64,000 nucleotides of DNA from assembly GCF_009914755.1 (NCBI RefSeq), contig NC_060935.1. One strand, 5' to 3'. Origin of the DNA: the human T2T-CHM13v2.0 reference genome, Homo sapiens. Under the pieces are notes generated by a model. It was not told the origin of the DNA. It saw nothing but the letters and a program-made list of their open reading frames with translations, and did not search any database. Shown here piece after piece: positions 35,538 through 50,509 of this stretch. Position numbers and translations under genes: made by a program. The stretch's first letter is position 1. Each line of letters begins with the position of its first letter.

Positions 35538-36218
35538 AGGAATGGATCGCTAATAGAGGAATTCCAAGTCTCACCCACCGATAAAGAATTCTGAGGGCAG
35601 AGCCGGGCCACTTTCTCAGGCCTCTGATTTCATACTGTGGTGTTAGTTACTTCTGAGAGGACAGCTTGCTGCCAGAGCTCTATTTTTTATGTTAGAGGCT
35701 CCTTCTGCCTGCAGACTCTGCTGTCTGGGAAGGGCACAGCGTTAGGAGGGAGAGGGAGGTGTGAGTCCCTCCGTGGACCCGCTGCTTTGTACTTCTCTAT
35801 CTCATTTCCTTTTCAGCACCACTCTGGGAAATCAGTATTCCAGCCCCATTTTATCCTCAGAAAATTGAGGCTCTGAGATGTTATCTCTGTGACCTGGGTC
35901 CTATTACGTGCCAAAGGCATCATTTAAGCCTAAGATGTCCTGGCTCCAAGGTGTCAGCATCTGGAAGACAGGCGCCCTCATCCTGCCATCCCTGCTGCGG
36001 CTTCACTGTGGGCCCAGGGGACATCTCAGCCCCGAGAAGGGTCAGCGGCCCCTCCTGGACCACCGACTCCCCGCAGAACTCCTCTGTGCCCTCTCCTCAC
36101 CAGACCTTGTTCCTCCCAGTTGCTCCCACAGCCAGGGGGCAGTGAGGGCTGCTCTTCCCCCAGCCCCACTGAGGAACCCAGGAAGGTGAACGAGAGAATC
36201 AGTCCTGGTGGGGGCTGG

Positions 36219-36420
36219 GGAGGGCCCCAGACATGAGACCAGCTCCTCCCCCAGGGGATGTTATCAGTGGGTCCAGAGGGCAAAATAGGGAGCCTGGTGG
36301 AGGGAGGGGCAAAGGCCTCGGGCTCTGAGCGGCCTTGGCCCTTCTCCACCAACCCCTGCCCTACACTCAGGGGGAGGCGGCGGTGGGGCACACAGGGTGG
36401 GGGCGGGTGGGGGGCTGCTG
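36219..36420 (+). promoter_or_regulatory. APOC3: APOC3 distal enhancer (~-790/-590), shared by the A1/C3/A4 cluster
   Basis: DR1 GGTCCA-G-AGGGCA at 36270-36282 plus several GC/Sp1 boxes (e.g. GGGGCGGG ~36399-36406); position matches the established enhancer. Confidence 0.8.
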
Positions 36421-36517
36421 GGTGAGCAGCACTCGCCTGCCTGGATTGAAACCCAGAGATGGAGGTGCTGGGAGGGGCTGTGAGAGCTCAGCCCTGTAAC
36501 CAGGCCTTGCCGGAGCC

Positions 36518-36560
36518 ACTGATGCCCGGTCTTCTGTGCCTTTACTCCAAACATCCCCCA
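36518..36560 (+). promoter_or_regulatory. APOC3: APOC3 insulin-response element carrying the -482C (36527) and -455T (36554) alleles
   Basis: GATGCC[C]GG and CCAAACA[T]CCCCC at -482/-455 from TSS 37009; forkhead-like TTTAC/CAAACA motifs. Confidence 0.85.
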
Positions 36561-36849
36561 GCCCAAGCCACCCACTTGTTCTCAAGTCTGAAGAAGCCCC
36601 TCACCCCTCTACTCCAGGCTGTGTTCAGGGCTTGGGGCTGGTGGAGGGAGGGGCCTGAAATTCCAGTGTGAAAGGCTGAGATGGGCCCGAGGCCCCTGGC
36701 CTATGTCCAAGCCATTTCCCCTCTCACCAGCCTCTCCCTGGGGAGCCAGTCAGCTAGGAAGGAATGAGGGCTCCCCAGGCCCACCCCCAGTTCCTGAGCT
36801 CATCTGGGCTGCAGGGCTGGCGGGACAGCAGCGTGGACTCAGTCTCCTA

Positions 36850-36984
36850 GGGATTTCCCAACTCTCCCGCCCGCTTGCTGCATCTGGACACCCTGCCTCA
36901 GGCCCTCATCTCCACTGGTCAGCAGGTGACCTTTGCCCAGCGCCCTGGGTCCTCAGTGCCTGCTGCCCTGGAGATGATATAAAA
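36850..36984 (+). promoter_or_regulatory. APOC3: APOC3 proximal promoter: NF-kB site GGGATTTCCC (36850-36859), HNF4 DR1 'C3P' TGACCTTTGCCCA (36927-36939), TATA box TATAAAA (36978-36984)
   Basis: Motifs read directly at about -159, -82 and -31. Confidence 0.9.
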
Positions 36985-37008
36985 CAGGTCAGAACCCTCC
37001 TGCCTGTC

Positions 37009-37041
37009 TGCTCAGTTCATCCCTAGAGGCAGCTGCTCCAG
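37009..37041 (+). other. APOC3: APOC3 non-coding exon 1
   Basis: About 30 nt after the TATA box; ends CCAG|GTAATG. Confidence 0.9.
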
Positions 37042-37683
37042 GTAATGCCCTCTGGGGAGGGGAAAGAGGAGGGGAGGAGGATGAAGAGGGGCAAGAGGAG
37101 CTCCCTGCCCAGCCCAGCCAGCAAGCCTGGAGAAGCACTTGCTAGAGCTAAGGAAGCCTCGGAGCTGGACGGGTGCCCCCCACCCCTCATCATAACCTGA
37201 AGAACATGGAGGCCCGGGAGGGGTGTCACTTGCCCAAAGCTACATAGGGGGTGGGGCTGGAAGTGGCTCCAAGTGCAGGTTCCCCCCTCATTCTTCAGGC
37301 TTAGGGCTGGAGGAAGCCTTAGACAGCCCAGTCCTACCCCAGACAGGGAAACTGAGGCCTGGAGAGGGCCAGAAATCACCCAAAGACACACAGCATGTTG
37401 GCTGGACTGGACGGAGATCAGTCCAGACCGCAGGTGCCTTGATGTTCAGTCTGGTGGGTTTTCTGCTCCATCCCACCCACCTCCCTTTGGGCCTCGATCC
37501 CTCGCCGCTCACCAGTCCCCCTTCTGAGAGCCCGTATGAGCAGGGAGCCGGCCCCTACTCCTTCTGGCAGACCCAGCTAAGGTTCTACCTTAGGGGCCAC
37601 GCCACCTCCCCAGGGAGGGGTCCAGAGGCATGGGGACCTGGGGTGCCCCTCACAGGACACTTCCTTGCAGGAACAGAGGTGCC

Positions 37684-37738
37684 ATGCAGCCCCGGGTACT
37701 CCTTGTTGTTGCCCTCCTGGCGCTCCTGGCCTCTGCCC
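37684..37738 (+). CDS. APOC3: Apolipoprotein C-III, coding part of exon 2 ([18 protein letters not shown]; exon starts 37671)
   Basis: ttgcag|GAACAG acceptor, GCCATG Kozak, GTAAG donor at 37739; 55 nt; codon 19 is an intact CGA (no R19X) and the IVS2+1 G is intact. Confidence 0.98.
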
Positions 37739-37873
37739 GTAAGCACTTGGTGGGACTGGGCTGGGGGCAGGGTGGAGGCAACTTGGGGATCCCAGTCCCA
37801 ATGGGTGGTCAAGCAGGAGCCCAGGGCTCGTCCAGAGGCCGATCCACCCCACTCAGCCCTGCTCTTTCCTCAG

Positions 37874-37997
37874 GAGCTTCAGAGGCCGAGGATGCCTCCC
37901 TTCTCAGCTTCATGCAGGGCTACATGAAGCACGCCACCAAGACCGCCAAGGATGCACTGAGCAGCGTGCAGGAGTCCCAGGTGGCCCAGCAGGCCAG
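37874..37997 (+). CDS. APOC3: Apolipoprotein C-III, exon 3 ([41 protein letters not shown])
   Basis: cctcag|GAG acceptor, CAG|GTAC donor; 124 nt. Confidence 0.98.
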
Positions 37998-38245
37998 GTA
38001 CACCCGCTGGCCTCCCTCCCCATCCCCCCTGCCAGCTGCCTCCATTCCCACCCGCCCCTGCCCTGGTGAGATCCCAACAATGGAATGGAGGTGCTCCAGC
38101 CTCCCCTGGGCCTGTGCCTCTTCAGCCTCCTCTTTCCTCACAGGGCCTTTGTCAGGCTGCTGCGGGAGAGATGACAGAGTTGAGACTGCATTCCTCCCAG
38201 GTCCCTCCTTTCTCCCCGGAGCAGTCCTAGGGCGCGCCGTTTTAG

Positions 38246-39132
<887 letters not shown>

Positions 39133-39869
39133 GGCTAGGGGTTTGCCTTGGGAGGCCCCACCTGACCCAATTCAAGCCCGTGAGTGCTTCTGCTTTGTTC
39201 TAAGACCTGGGGCCAGTGTGAGCAGAAGTGTGTCCTTCCTCTCCCATCCTGCCCCTGCCCATCAGTACTCTCCTCTCCCCTACTCCCTTCTCCACCTCAC
39301 CCTGACTGGCATTAGCTGGCATAGCAGAGGTGTTCATAAACATTCTTAGTCCCCAGAACCGGCTTTGGGGTAGGTGTTATTTTCTCACTTTGCAGATGAG
39401 AAAATTGAGGCTCAGAGCGATTAGGTGACCTGCCCCAGATCACACAACTAATCAATCCTCCAATGACTTTCCAAATGAGAGGCTGCCTCCCTCTGTCCTA
39501 CCCTGCTCAGAGCCACCAGGTTGTGCAACTCCAGGTGGTGCTGTTTGCACAGAAAACAATGACAGCCTTGACCTTTCACATCTCCCCACCCTGTCACTTT
39601 GTGCCTCAGGCCCAGGGGCATAAACATCTGAGGTGACCTGGAGATGGCAGGGTTTGACTTGTGCTGGGGTTCCTGCAAGGATATCTCTTCTCCCAGGGTG
39701 GCAGCTGTGGGGGATTCCTGCCTGAGGTCTCAGGGCTGTCGTCCAGTGAAGTTGAGAGGGTGGTGTGGTCCTGACTGGTGTCGTCCAGTGGGGACATGGG
39801 TGTGGGTCCCATGGTTGCCTACAGAGGAGTTCTCATGCCCTGCTCTGTTGCTTCCCCTGACTGATTTAG

Positions 39870-39990
39870 GGGCTGGGTGACCGATGGCTTCAGTTCCCTG
39901 AAAGACTACTGGAGCACCGTTAAGGACAAGTTCTCTGAGTTCTGGGATTTGGACCCTGAGGTCAGACCAACTTCAGCCGTGGCTGCCTGA
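39870..39990 (+). CDS. APOC3: Apolipoprotein C-III, exon 4 ([39 protein letters not shown])
   Basis: tttag|GGGC acceptor; TGA at 39988-39990; 55+124+121=300 nt. Confidence 0.98.
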
Positions 39991-40150
39991 GACCTCAATA
40001 CCCCAAGTCCACCTGCCTATCCATCCTGCCAGCTCCTTGGGTCCTGCAATCTCCAGGGCTTCCCCTGTAGGTTGCTTAAAAGGGACAGTATTCTCAGTGC
40101 TCTCCTACCCCACCTCATGCCTGGCCCCCCTCCAGGCATGCTGGCCTCCC

Positions 40151-40156
40151 AATAAA
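40151..40156 (+). terminator. APOC3: APOC3 polyadenylation signal AATAAA
   Basis: AATAAA 160 nt after the stop; GT-rich element downstream. Confidence 0.9.
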
Positions 40157-41523
40157 GCTGGACAAGAAGCTGCTATGAGTGGGCCGTCGCAAGTGTGCCA
40201 TCTGTGTCTGGGCATGGGAAAGGGCCGAGGCTGTTCTGTGGGTGGGCACTGGACAGACTCCAGGTCAGGCAGGCATGGAGGCCAGCGCTCTATCCACCTT
40301 CTGGTAGCTGGGCAGTCTCTGGGCCTCAGTTTCTTCATCTCTAAGGTAGGAATCACCCTCCGTACCCTGCCTTCCTTGACAGCTTTGTGCGGAAGGTCAA
40401 ACAGGACAATAAGTTTGCTGATACTTTGATAAACTGTTAGGTGCTGCACAACATGACTTGAGTGTGTGCCCCATGCCAGCCACTATGCCTGGCACTTAAG
40501 TTGTCATCAGAGTTGAGACTGTGTGTGTTTACTCAAAACTGTGGAGCTGACCTCCCCTATCCAGGCCACCTAGCCCTCTTAGGCGCACGTGAAGGGAGGA
40601 GGCCGGATGGGCTAGAGGTTGGAGTAAGATGCAACGAGGCACTATTCTTGGCTCCACCACTTGATATCAGCCTCAGTTTCTTACATGTAAAGTGGATACA
40701 ACCGTACCCCCTCCACCGTAGGTTTGCCGTGAGATTGAAATGAGAGAGCGTTCGAACCGTTTGGCACAGCACCTGCACGTAAAGATGCTTGATCAATGTT
40801 GTCATGATTACAGTTGAGCTGACTGGGCCCTTGGGACCCGGACTGGAGTGGTGGGGGGCAGTGTCCTGGGACCAAAAAGAAGCACAAGGTCTCCCAATAG
40901 AGGCTGCTTCCTTTGTGTCCCCACCACCCGAAAGATGTCAGGTCAGAGAGCCCGAGAGCTGCAGATGGCTTGAGTAGGGCTCCACTCTTCAGATCAAAAA
41001 ACTGTGGCCCGGAGAGGCGAAGGCACTTGGCCAGCATCACAGAGCCAGCACGTGGCAGGGCCAGACCTTGAGCCCAGGTCAGCTGCGTGTATTCTGCTCA
41101 GTTGGTGCAGAAAACAGTTTTGTCACTCCTATGTCAGGTGTTAGGGACTCCTTTACAGATCTCAGTGGCATCAGTACATCCAGCCCCACCTGGAGACTGC
41201 TTTCTCTCTGAAAATTCCCCAGGGCTTCTCTCTGGGCTGAGAGATCTCAGCACCCGTATCTAGAAAATGTTCCCACCCAGACCTGGCTGGATGACTGCTG
41301 TTGTAGCTCTGGAAGGTTAGGAACTAAAAAGCCCACTCCTTTACCTAGGGTAGCTAAGATACACTGGAGATGGGGACATGGGGATGGGGCCGATTATCCA
41401 GGGGCCTGCATGAGGGGGCAAAAGGCCCTGCAGAGAGAGGGTAGGGAAGGCACTGCCCAGATCTGTGAAGCCATGTGCGTGCACGCGGGGACATTCAGAC
41501 ATGAGTGCAAGGAGGGACCGTGA

Positions 41524-41904
<381 letters not shown>

Positions 41905-42349
41905 GCACACTCTTTTCAATAATCATGGATGGCCAGGGGTGCAGGGTCTAAAAAGCGCTGCCTAGCCCATCCTGCTGTTCACTGGGCAAGCGACGTCACA
42001 GGTCCAGGCTTCAGTGTCCTCATCCATGCTCTGCGTCTGATGGCAATCTAGCCAGGATGTGGGGAAGGGAGGATGCAGTGAGAGCACAGATATGAGAGCA
42101 TCTTGGAAATAAAAATGTACCTGCAAGAGGTGGTGGTGAATTTTCTTACTCAGGCCAGCTTCTGCCAGGGCTGGCAGAAAGAGGGGGTGGCATGGCATGG
42201 AGCCGCAGGGGGTGGAGGACTGGCTTCCACTGCTGTGCCTGAGGAAGCCGCGGCTGTTTCTGGGCGGGATGGGAGTAGTGGGAGGGGGATACTGGCCTTG
42301 TGAGAAGAAAAGGGAAGTGTCTGTTTGAGAGGTTTTTGAATTAGTAAAG

Positions 42350-43616
<1,267 letters not shown>

Positions 43617-44106
43617 CTAGCATTTCCAGTACACTCTCAACCAACACCCCTGCCCCGCCAGGCCATGCCCCGTTGTGCAGCTGGACCGAGGCACAGAGAG
43701 GAGCTAAAAAGGAGACAGAGCTGGGACTGGTGCCCAGTTACGTTGGTCTCCAAAGTGGGCCCTTGAAGGACCTCGCTTCTATGCCTCCAGCGCATTCTCC
43801 TCTCCGAAGACAGCCCACAGTCTTGCTGGGCAGGAGCAGAGGAGGTGGTGAAGAAGGGAAAGGGGCTTGCTACACTTGCAGGCACAATGTGGCTCTGTGA
43901 TCACGCATCGGGCAGCCCTGGTCTGTCCTTTGCAGGGGACATGGGCTGTGACCCTGCCTGGAGATCCCATTCCGGTTTCTCCATCCAGACCATCTGTGGG
44001 GCCCAGCTCATCAGATATTAGGTGAGGACTCGGCCAGTCTGGCTTCAACATCATCCCACAGGCCTCTGCCCCCTGCCCCTGCCCTCAACCCCAGGCTGGG
44101 TCCTTA

Positions 44107-44289
<183 letters not shown>

Positions 44290-44451
44290 TCAGGCCAGCT
44301 GTGGGCTGAGATCTGAGCCGAAAGGCCAAGCTTGGAGGTGGGGGAGAGGGGGCCAGTGAGAAACCTGCTGCCTCTGCCCAGGAGGGTGGGCCACGGGGAT
44401 TTAGGGAGAAGGCCCCCCGATGGTTGGCTCCCTAGGTTAGGGGACACCTAC

Positions 44452-44494
44452 CCGTCAGGAAGAGCACGGCCAAGGTCAGCACCGCAGCTTTCAT
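44452..44494 (-). CDS. APOA1: Apolipoprotein A-I, coding part of exon 2 (MKAAVLTLAVLFLT; exon starts 44514)
   Basis: ATG at 44494-44492; GTAGG donor at 44451; 43 nt. Confidence 0.98.
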
Positions 44495-44711
44495 CCTGAA
44501 GGGCCGTGGGGGACCTGGAGGAGAAGAAGGGCCTGGCTGAGTGGGGTGCCTTCAGCATGCAGAAGCCCCGTGCTCCCCCACTCATTGCAGCCAGGTGAGG
44601 AGAAGGGCACAGAGCGGGAGAAGACCTCAGGTACCCAGAGGCCCGGCCTGGGGCAAGGCCTGAACCTTGAGCTGGGGAGCCAGAGTGACCGGGGCAGGCA
44701 GCAGGACGCAC

Positions 44712-44729
44712 CTCCTTCTCGCAGTCTCT
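44712..44729 (-). other. APOA1: APOA1 non-coding exon 1 (AGAGACTGCGAGAAGGAG)
   Basis: GTGCGT donor at 44711-44706; TATA-like element ~25-30 nt upstream. Confidence 0.9.
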
Positions 44730-44752
44730 AAGCAGCCAGCTCTTGCAGGGCC

Positions 44753-44945
44753 TATTTATGTCTGCAGCCAGGGTCTGGGCTGGGAGGCTGATAAGCCCAG
44801 CCCCGGCCCTGTTGCTGCTCACTGGTCCTGGCAATGTGGAACTTAAGAGTTCAAGGATCAGCTCTGTCCCTGGGGCTGGGCAAATAGAGTGGGCAAACAG
44901 CAAGCTGCGGGGGCTGCAGGGCAGGGGTCAAGGGTTCAGTGGGGG
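44753..44945 (-). promoter_or_regulatory. APOA1: APOA1 promoter/hepatic enhancer: TATA-like TAAATA (44753-44758), -75G (44804), site C DR1 (44848-44860), site B FOXA pair (44878-44899), site A HRE (44925-44938)
   Basis: AGTTCA-A-GGATCA; TGTTTGCCC...TATTTGCCC; GGGTCA-AG-GGTTCA at the classical A/B/C positions. Confidence 0.9.
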
Positions 44946-46313
44946 CGGGAGGGGAGTGTCTGCAGGCTTGCAGGTCTCCCGGGTGGGGTCGGGGTTCCCT
45001 GCACTCATCCCCTTCCCCTCCATGGGAGTGTGTGGGCAGTTGCCATTGTCCATTGTGTTGGCAGAGGAGGGGAGGGGAGGGACGCTGGGACTCCTCCACC
45101 AAGGAGACTGCCTCCCCCACCACCAGCATTCCAGGGAGACTACTTCACTCCCCTCCCCCTTCCCCCGCCCTGTCCTCCCACCAGTGCTCTTCTTTAGTCC
45201 CCAGCAGGTCCTCCAGGCCTCTCTCCAAGCCTCCCAAACTGGTAAACCTGGGGAGAGGGGAGAGCCCTCCGTGGCTCCCAGACTGAGGTTTCGGAGACCT
45301 CTTGCATTTCAAAACACTCCAGAGATCAATTCGGAGCTGCCAACTTTTAATTTTGTCATGTAAAGATATTGTCCGCCTCCAAAAAACCCTCACCATCTAC
45401 AGTGACCATCACTTCAAAAAGGAAAGGCTTTAACAAAAAAGGGCATAATCTCAGAATTACATTACAGAATTGAAGCCCCTTAGATTGAAGACGTCTCCCT
45501 TTGCATTGTTCACACTTATATTTGATCACGCACAGGTGTGACTGGATCTCAGCCCTTGGGAAGCCCTGGTGTGGGGAGAAGACCTCTGGGCAAAGGAAGT
45601 GGCAGGAGACCTGCTTTCTCATTTCACTTGGCCTCCATCTTGCTGGAGGAAGATCGTGGGCAAGTTATATAATCTCTCTGAGCCTCGGTTTTCTATCTGC
45701 AAAATGGGGCAAGAATGGTCAGGGTTGTTGGAGGCCCCTGAGACAGCCTGTGAATGTAAAGTGCTGTGTGTCCGTTGGTGTTTGCAGCACCATCTTGTCA
45801 GGTTTCTCCTGGAAGGCCCAGACCTCCCCCAGCAGGTTACTGATAGGACCTGAGTCCTAGAGCCTGTGATGCAGGCTGAGAGGAACTGTGACATCACTCC
45901 AGCCTCTCCCCATGCCACCATCTCACAGATGAAGAGACTGAAGAGCACAGAGGGACTTTGCCCAGAGGCTGTCATCTCTCAGGGAGTTAGAAGAAAGGCT
46001 GGACCTAGAACCCAGTCTCTGGACTTGGGATGCAGGGCAGAAATGTACCCTGTACCATCACTCCAGGAAACTCCCTAACACTAGAAACCAGGCTGACATC
46101 TCTGTTTACCAGATCAGGGAGTGGTCGGCCTCATGCCTTTCACTTCAGAGAAGATTCTGGAGCCAGAAAACCTCAAATCTAAGGGTCAGGCAGGTTCAAA
46201 TCCAGCTGCCTGACCCTGGATGAGTTATGATACATCACCTCCCCACACATCAGTTTCTGATTGAAGATAATGATAGAATATGCCATCGCCCTGAGTTATG
46301 GCAGGGGTTACTG

Positions 46314-46755
46314 TGTGGCAAGCAGAATAACGCTCCCCAAAGATGTCCACAGCCTCATCCCTGGAACCTGTGGCTTTGCTACCTTCCATGGCAAAAAAAG
46401 ATTTTGCTAGTGTGATTAAGGACCTGGAGATGGGGTGGTTGGCCTGGATTCTCCAGGTGGGCCCATTGTCATCACAGGGGTCCTTAATTATACAAGAGGG
46501 AGGCAGTGGCCTCAGAGTCAGAGAAAGAGATGTGAGGATGGCAGTGGAGATCAGACTCATGTGACTGCTGGAAGGGGGCCATGAGCTGAGGGACATGAGC
46601 AACCCTTCCCTAGAAGCTGGAGAAGGCAAAGGATTTTTCCCTGCAGCCTCCAGGAGCACAGCTCTGCTGCCACCATGATTTTAGCCCAGTATGACCCATT
46701 TTGGACTTCTGTCCTCCATAACTGTAAGATAATAAATTTGTATCGTTTTAAGCAT
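46314..46755 (+). mobile_element. MLT1D/C-type MaLR solo LTR
   Basis: TGTGGCAAGCAGAATAA..CCCCAAAGATGTCCAC..CTAGAAGCTGGA..AACTGTAAGATAATAAATTTG. Confidence 0.75.
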
Positions 46756-48733
46756 GAACTTTGAACATATATGCAAAACTGTTAGAAAGGTACCTAGCAC
46801 TTAGTAAACAGTAACTATTCTGTTTTCTAGAATCCCAGTTTCTGGTAATGTATTCCCTTATTCCCACTACACTTGCTTTATCAGATCTGAGACCTCAGCT
46901 TCTGCAGCAGGCATGAAGGCAGCAGTCCCACATCTCTCTGCTTGTCCTTGACTTGCAGTTGCTGAGATATGGAACATCTTTTCTAGGACTGAAGTGGCCC
47001 CAGATGTCTATGGGACTGTGTAGACAGGGAGGTGGCCTTGGTGAGCCATCAGCCTGGGCTGCCTACTTGACCATCCCAGCTGTCTGTAGCTTTAGAAAGT
47101 GGGAAGGTGGCTGGTCCCCTGCTGGGACAGCTCACAGGTGTCTCGGGCCAAGAGAGCGTCTTTTCTTTTGGGGGGTAGAGTTTGTCCCAGTCAGCACATG
47201 GGGGAATCTCAGAAGCTTACTGGTTGGACTCCAAGATACTTGCCAGTGTTTCACCCTTCTCTTTGGTTTGTTACTAAAATGATTGTTATGGCTAAACCTA
47301 GTATTTAACATTTGCGCAGTTCTTTGTGGCCAAAGCACTTTCACAACTTAGAATATCCCTGTAAGGCTGGAGGCCAGATTTTACCCTTGTGATTTTTGCC
47401 TGTGGGAAAACTGCAGCTCACAGCTGCCCTGCATCCTTCAGCGGTTACTATTTAGCGCTGGCAGGGGTGGGAATCGGGAGGCCTGGCTTCTAGTTCTTTG
47501 AGGGTGGCCTTGCACCCTTGCGGAGCCTGCAGCTTTTGCAGTCTGATCAGGGACTTCTCAGTTTCCTGGCTCAGGGACTGCGAGGCATCAGGATAGGGGG
47601 TGCTGTTGAACAGCATCTTACCAAGCAGGCAGTTTCCTTTTCTAAATATACTTATTCACCAGGGTGGCTACTCCATTTTATTGCAAGGTATTTGGCTTAA
47701 ACTAGTCTAAGCCCCCTTTACTAATATTTTGGAAAGGAAGGAGGTCTTTCTGGACAGAGCTGATGGAAAAATACATAACAACAACAACGACAATAACAAA
47801 CTGGGTTGATGACACACTCAGACTCAGGGTCCAGCCAGGCATTGTTCAAGGCACTCAGTGGCCACGGGTTGGACTGTTTGGTGGCTGCGGGGCCCACAGT
47901 GTAGGCCCCTGTTTCCACCCATTTCTTTCCCTCGTCTTGGGAGTCTCCAGAGCGACTGCTCCTGAACAGGGTTACCAAGTCCTGGCCCTGGATGCCCTGA
48001 CATGTGTAGGAGTGTTGGCGGTGACCGCAAGAGTGGATTTTGCACAGAAAGATTAGCAACTCCTTTCACAATTTATGTCCAAACATACTGGTCCATCTGT
48101 ATCGGGAGGACTCTGTCCCCTGCTAGGTCTGGCACATAACAGACACCTGCCAAACATCTGCTCAGTGAATGGCACTGGCACCCTAGAGGGAGGGTCACCA
48201 GCCTGGTCATAGGGAGGAGTGGGTCCTGGGAGGGGAGGCAGTCTCATACCAGCCCCTGCTCAGAACGTTTCTTCTGGGAGCACGTGGTATGAGCCAGAAT
48301 GAGAGTTAGGGAGGGGAGGTGGTGACTGAGCAGGGGAGACAGGACCCCCACCCCCAGTAGTTCCTACTTTTGGCAATTTTGCTGCAGCTTTTGTGATAGA
48401 GCCCCAAGTTAGACCCTTGGGTGGGGCACCGTAGCCAGCTATGCAAGATTCTCTCCTGCCCTCCTGCTTGGAAAAGACTAAGGCCAGGACAGAGCTCATC
48501 TTTGATCAGCAGGAGGGAAGCACAGTAGCCCTCTGAGTTCTTGATCTTTGCAGTTGGGGTGGGGTGGGGGCTGGCACAAAGTCAGAAAGAAAACTGTGTA
48601 GAGCACGGTTTTCTGTCAACATGGCTCCTGTTTTCTGGAGCTAAGCTCTCCAGTCTGTATCCAGGAGCCAGTGCCCTGCTTCCTACAAAAGCTCACCCTA
48701 CCTCTGGTCCAAAGGCACCCTGGCTGATTTTAG

Positions 48734-49170
<437 letters not shown>

Positions 49171-49254
49171 AGAAGGCCCTTCTTGAGAAGGCTCTTTTCT
49201 TCTCTAATCTAAATGGCCCTACAGCAACTTTCTAGCCGCCCTCATGGACTTGAA

Positions 49255-49520
49255 ATCTTTCTTTTCTCTTTGCAGGAGTGCAGTGGTGCGATCACAGCTC
49301 ACTGCAGCCTCAAACTCCTAGGCTCACATGATCCTTCAGCCTCAGCCTCCTGAGCAGCTGGGACTACAGGCATGTGCCACCAAGCCTGGTTATTTTTTGT
49401 AGAGGTGGGGGTCTTGCTATGTTGCCCAGGTTGGACTCCAACTCCTGGGTTTACCTAATTCTCCTGCCTCAGCCTCCTGAGCAGCTGGGATTACAGGCGC
49501 ACGCCACCATGCCCAGCTTG
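49255..49520 (-). mobile_element. Degenerate AluJ
   Basis: Partial Alu arms. Confidence 0.75.
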
Positions 49521-49726
49521 GAAGGCTTTCTAAATTCCCTCCTCTCATTCTTCCTTCTGTGAACTCAGATGGTCTTTCCAGCTTCAGTAAGCTTTCTTCA
49601 TAGAAGACCTTCAACCACCTGTCTCTTAGCCATGCCTGGAAACTTGCTGGAAACTCTACCCTGCCCTTTGGAGTTCAGGTGTGGGATAAAGGAGAAAACT
49701 ATAGGAAAATTCCACCCCCGCTCCGC

Positions 49727-50020
49727 TTTTTTTTTTTTTTTTGAGATGTAGTATCCCGCTGTCACCCAGGCTAGAGTGCAGTGGTGCAATCTTGGCTTGC
49801 TGCAGTAACCTCTGCCTCCTGGGTTCAAGCCATTCTCCTGTCTCAGCCTCCTGAGTAGCAGGGACTACAGGCACCTGCCACCACACCTGGCTAATTTTTG
49901 TATTTTTAGTAGACACGGGGCTTTGCCACATTGGCCAGGCTGGTCTCAAACTCCTGACTTCAGATGATCCACCCCCATCGGCCTCCAGAAGTGCTGGATT
50001 TACAGGCGTGAGCCATGCCA
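49727..50020 (-). mobile_element. Alu (S-type)
   Basis: Poly-T plus body. Confidence 0.9.
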
Positions 50021-50509
50021 GGGCCCTCCCTTTCTTTCCAAATACTTATTTGGCTATCCTTTCACTCGGCCAATGGGGGTCACGTCATGAAGGGTCCAGC
50101 CTGTGTCCACTCTTTAAGGATCCTTCCCTGTACTCTTCAAAAGTGCCCTTTCAAGGAAGCTGTTTTCCACCTGGCCCAGCAAATTCAAATGCTCCCTTCT
50201 GACAGGGCAGAGTCCGAGCTGGGTGCCCAGGGACACAGTGTGAAGCAGAGTTCAGGCTTCTAGAGAATGCGAGTTTCTTAAGTCACTCAAAGCCCCACCC
50301 TTAGCCTGGGAGACCTCTCCAGCCTCCACTGCTCCAGCTCCCACCTACCTGAGGCTTCTTCCAACTAGACTCCAAACCACAGGCAAATAATCTATCAGCC
50401 TAAGAACACAATCAGGCTCCTATCTACACAACTTCCTGCTGTCCAACTAAGTAACCAAGTTGTAAGTAAGTGCCTCACAAAAGGAAGGACAAAAGGCAGG
50501 ACAAAAGGT

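Noticed and set aside
44448-45363. 151-aa and 206-aa ORFs over the APOA1 promoter
   Set aside because: Chance ORFs in GC-rich promoter sequence.
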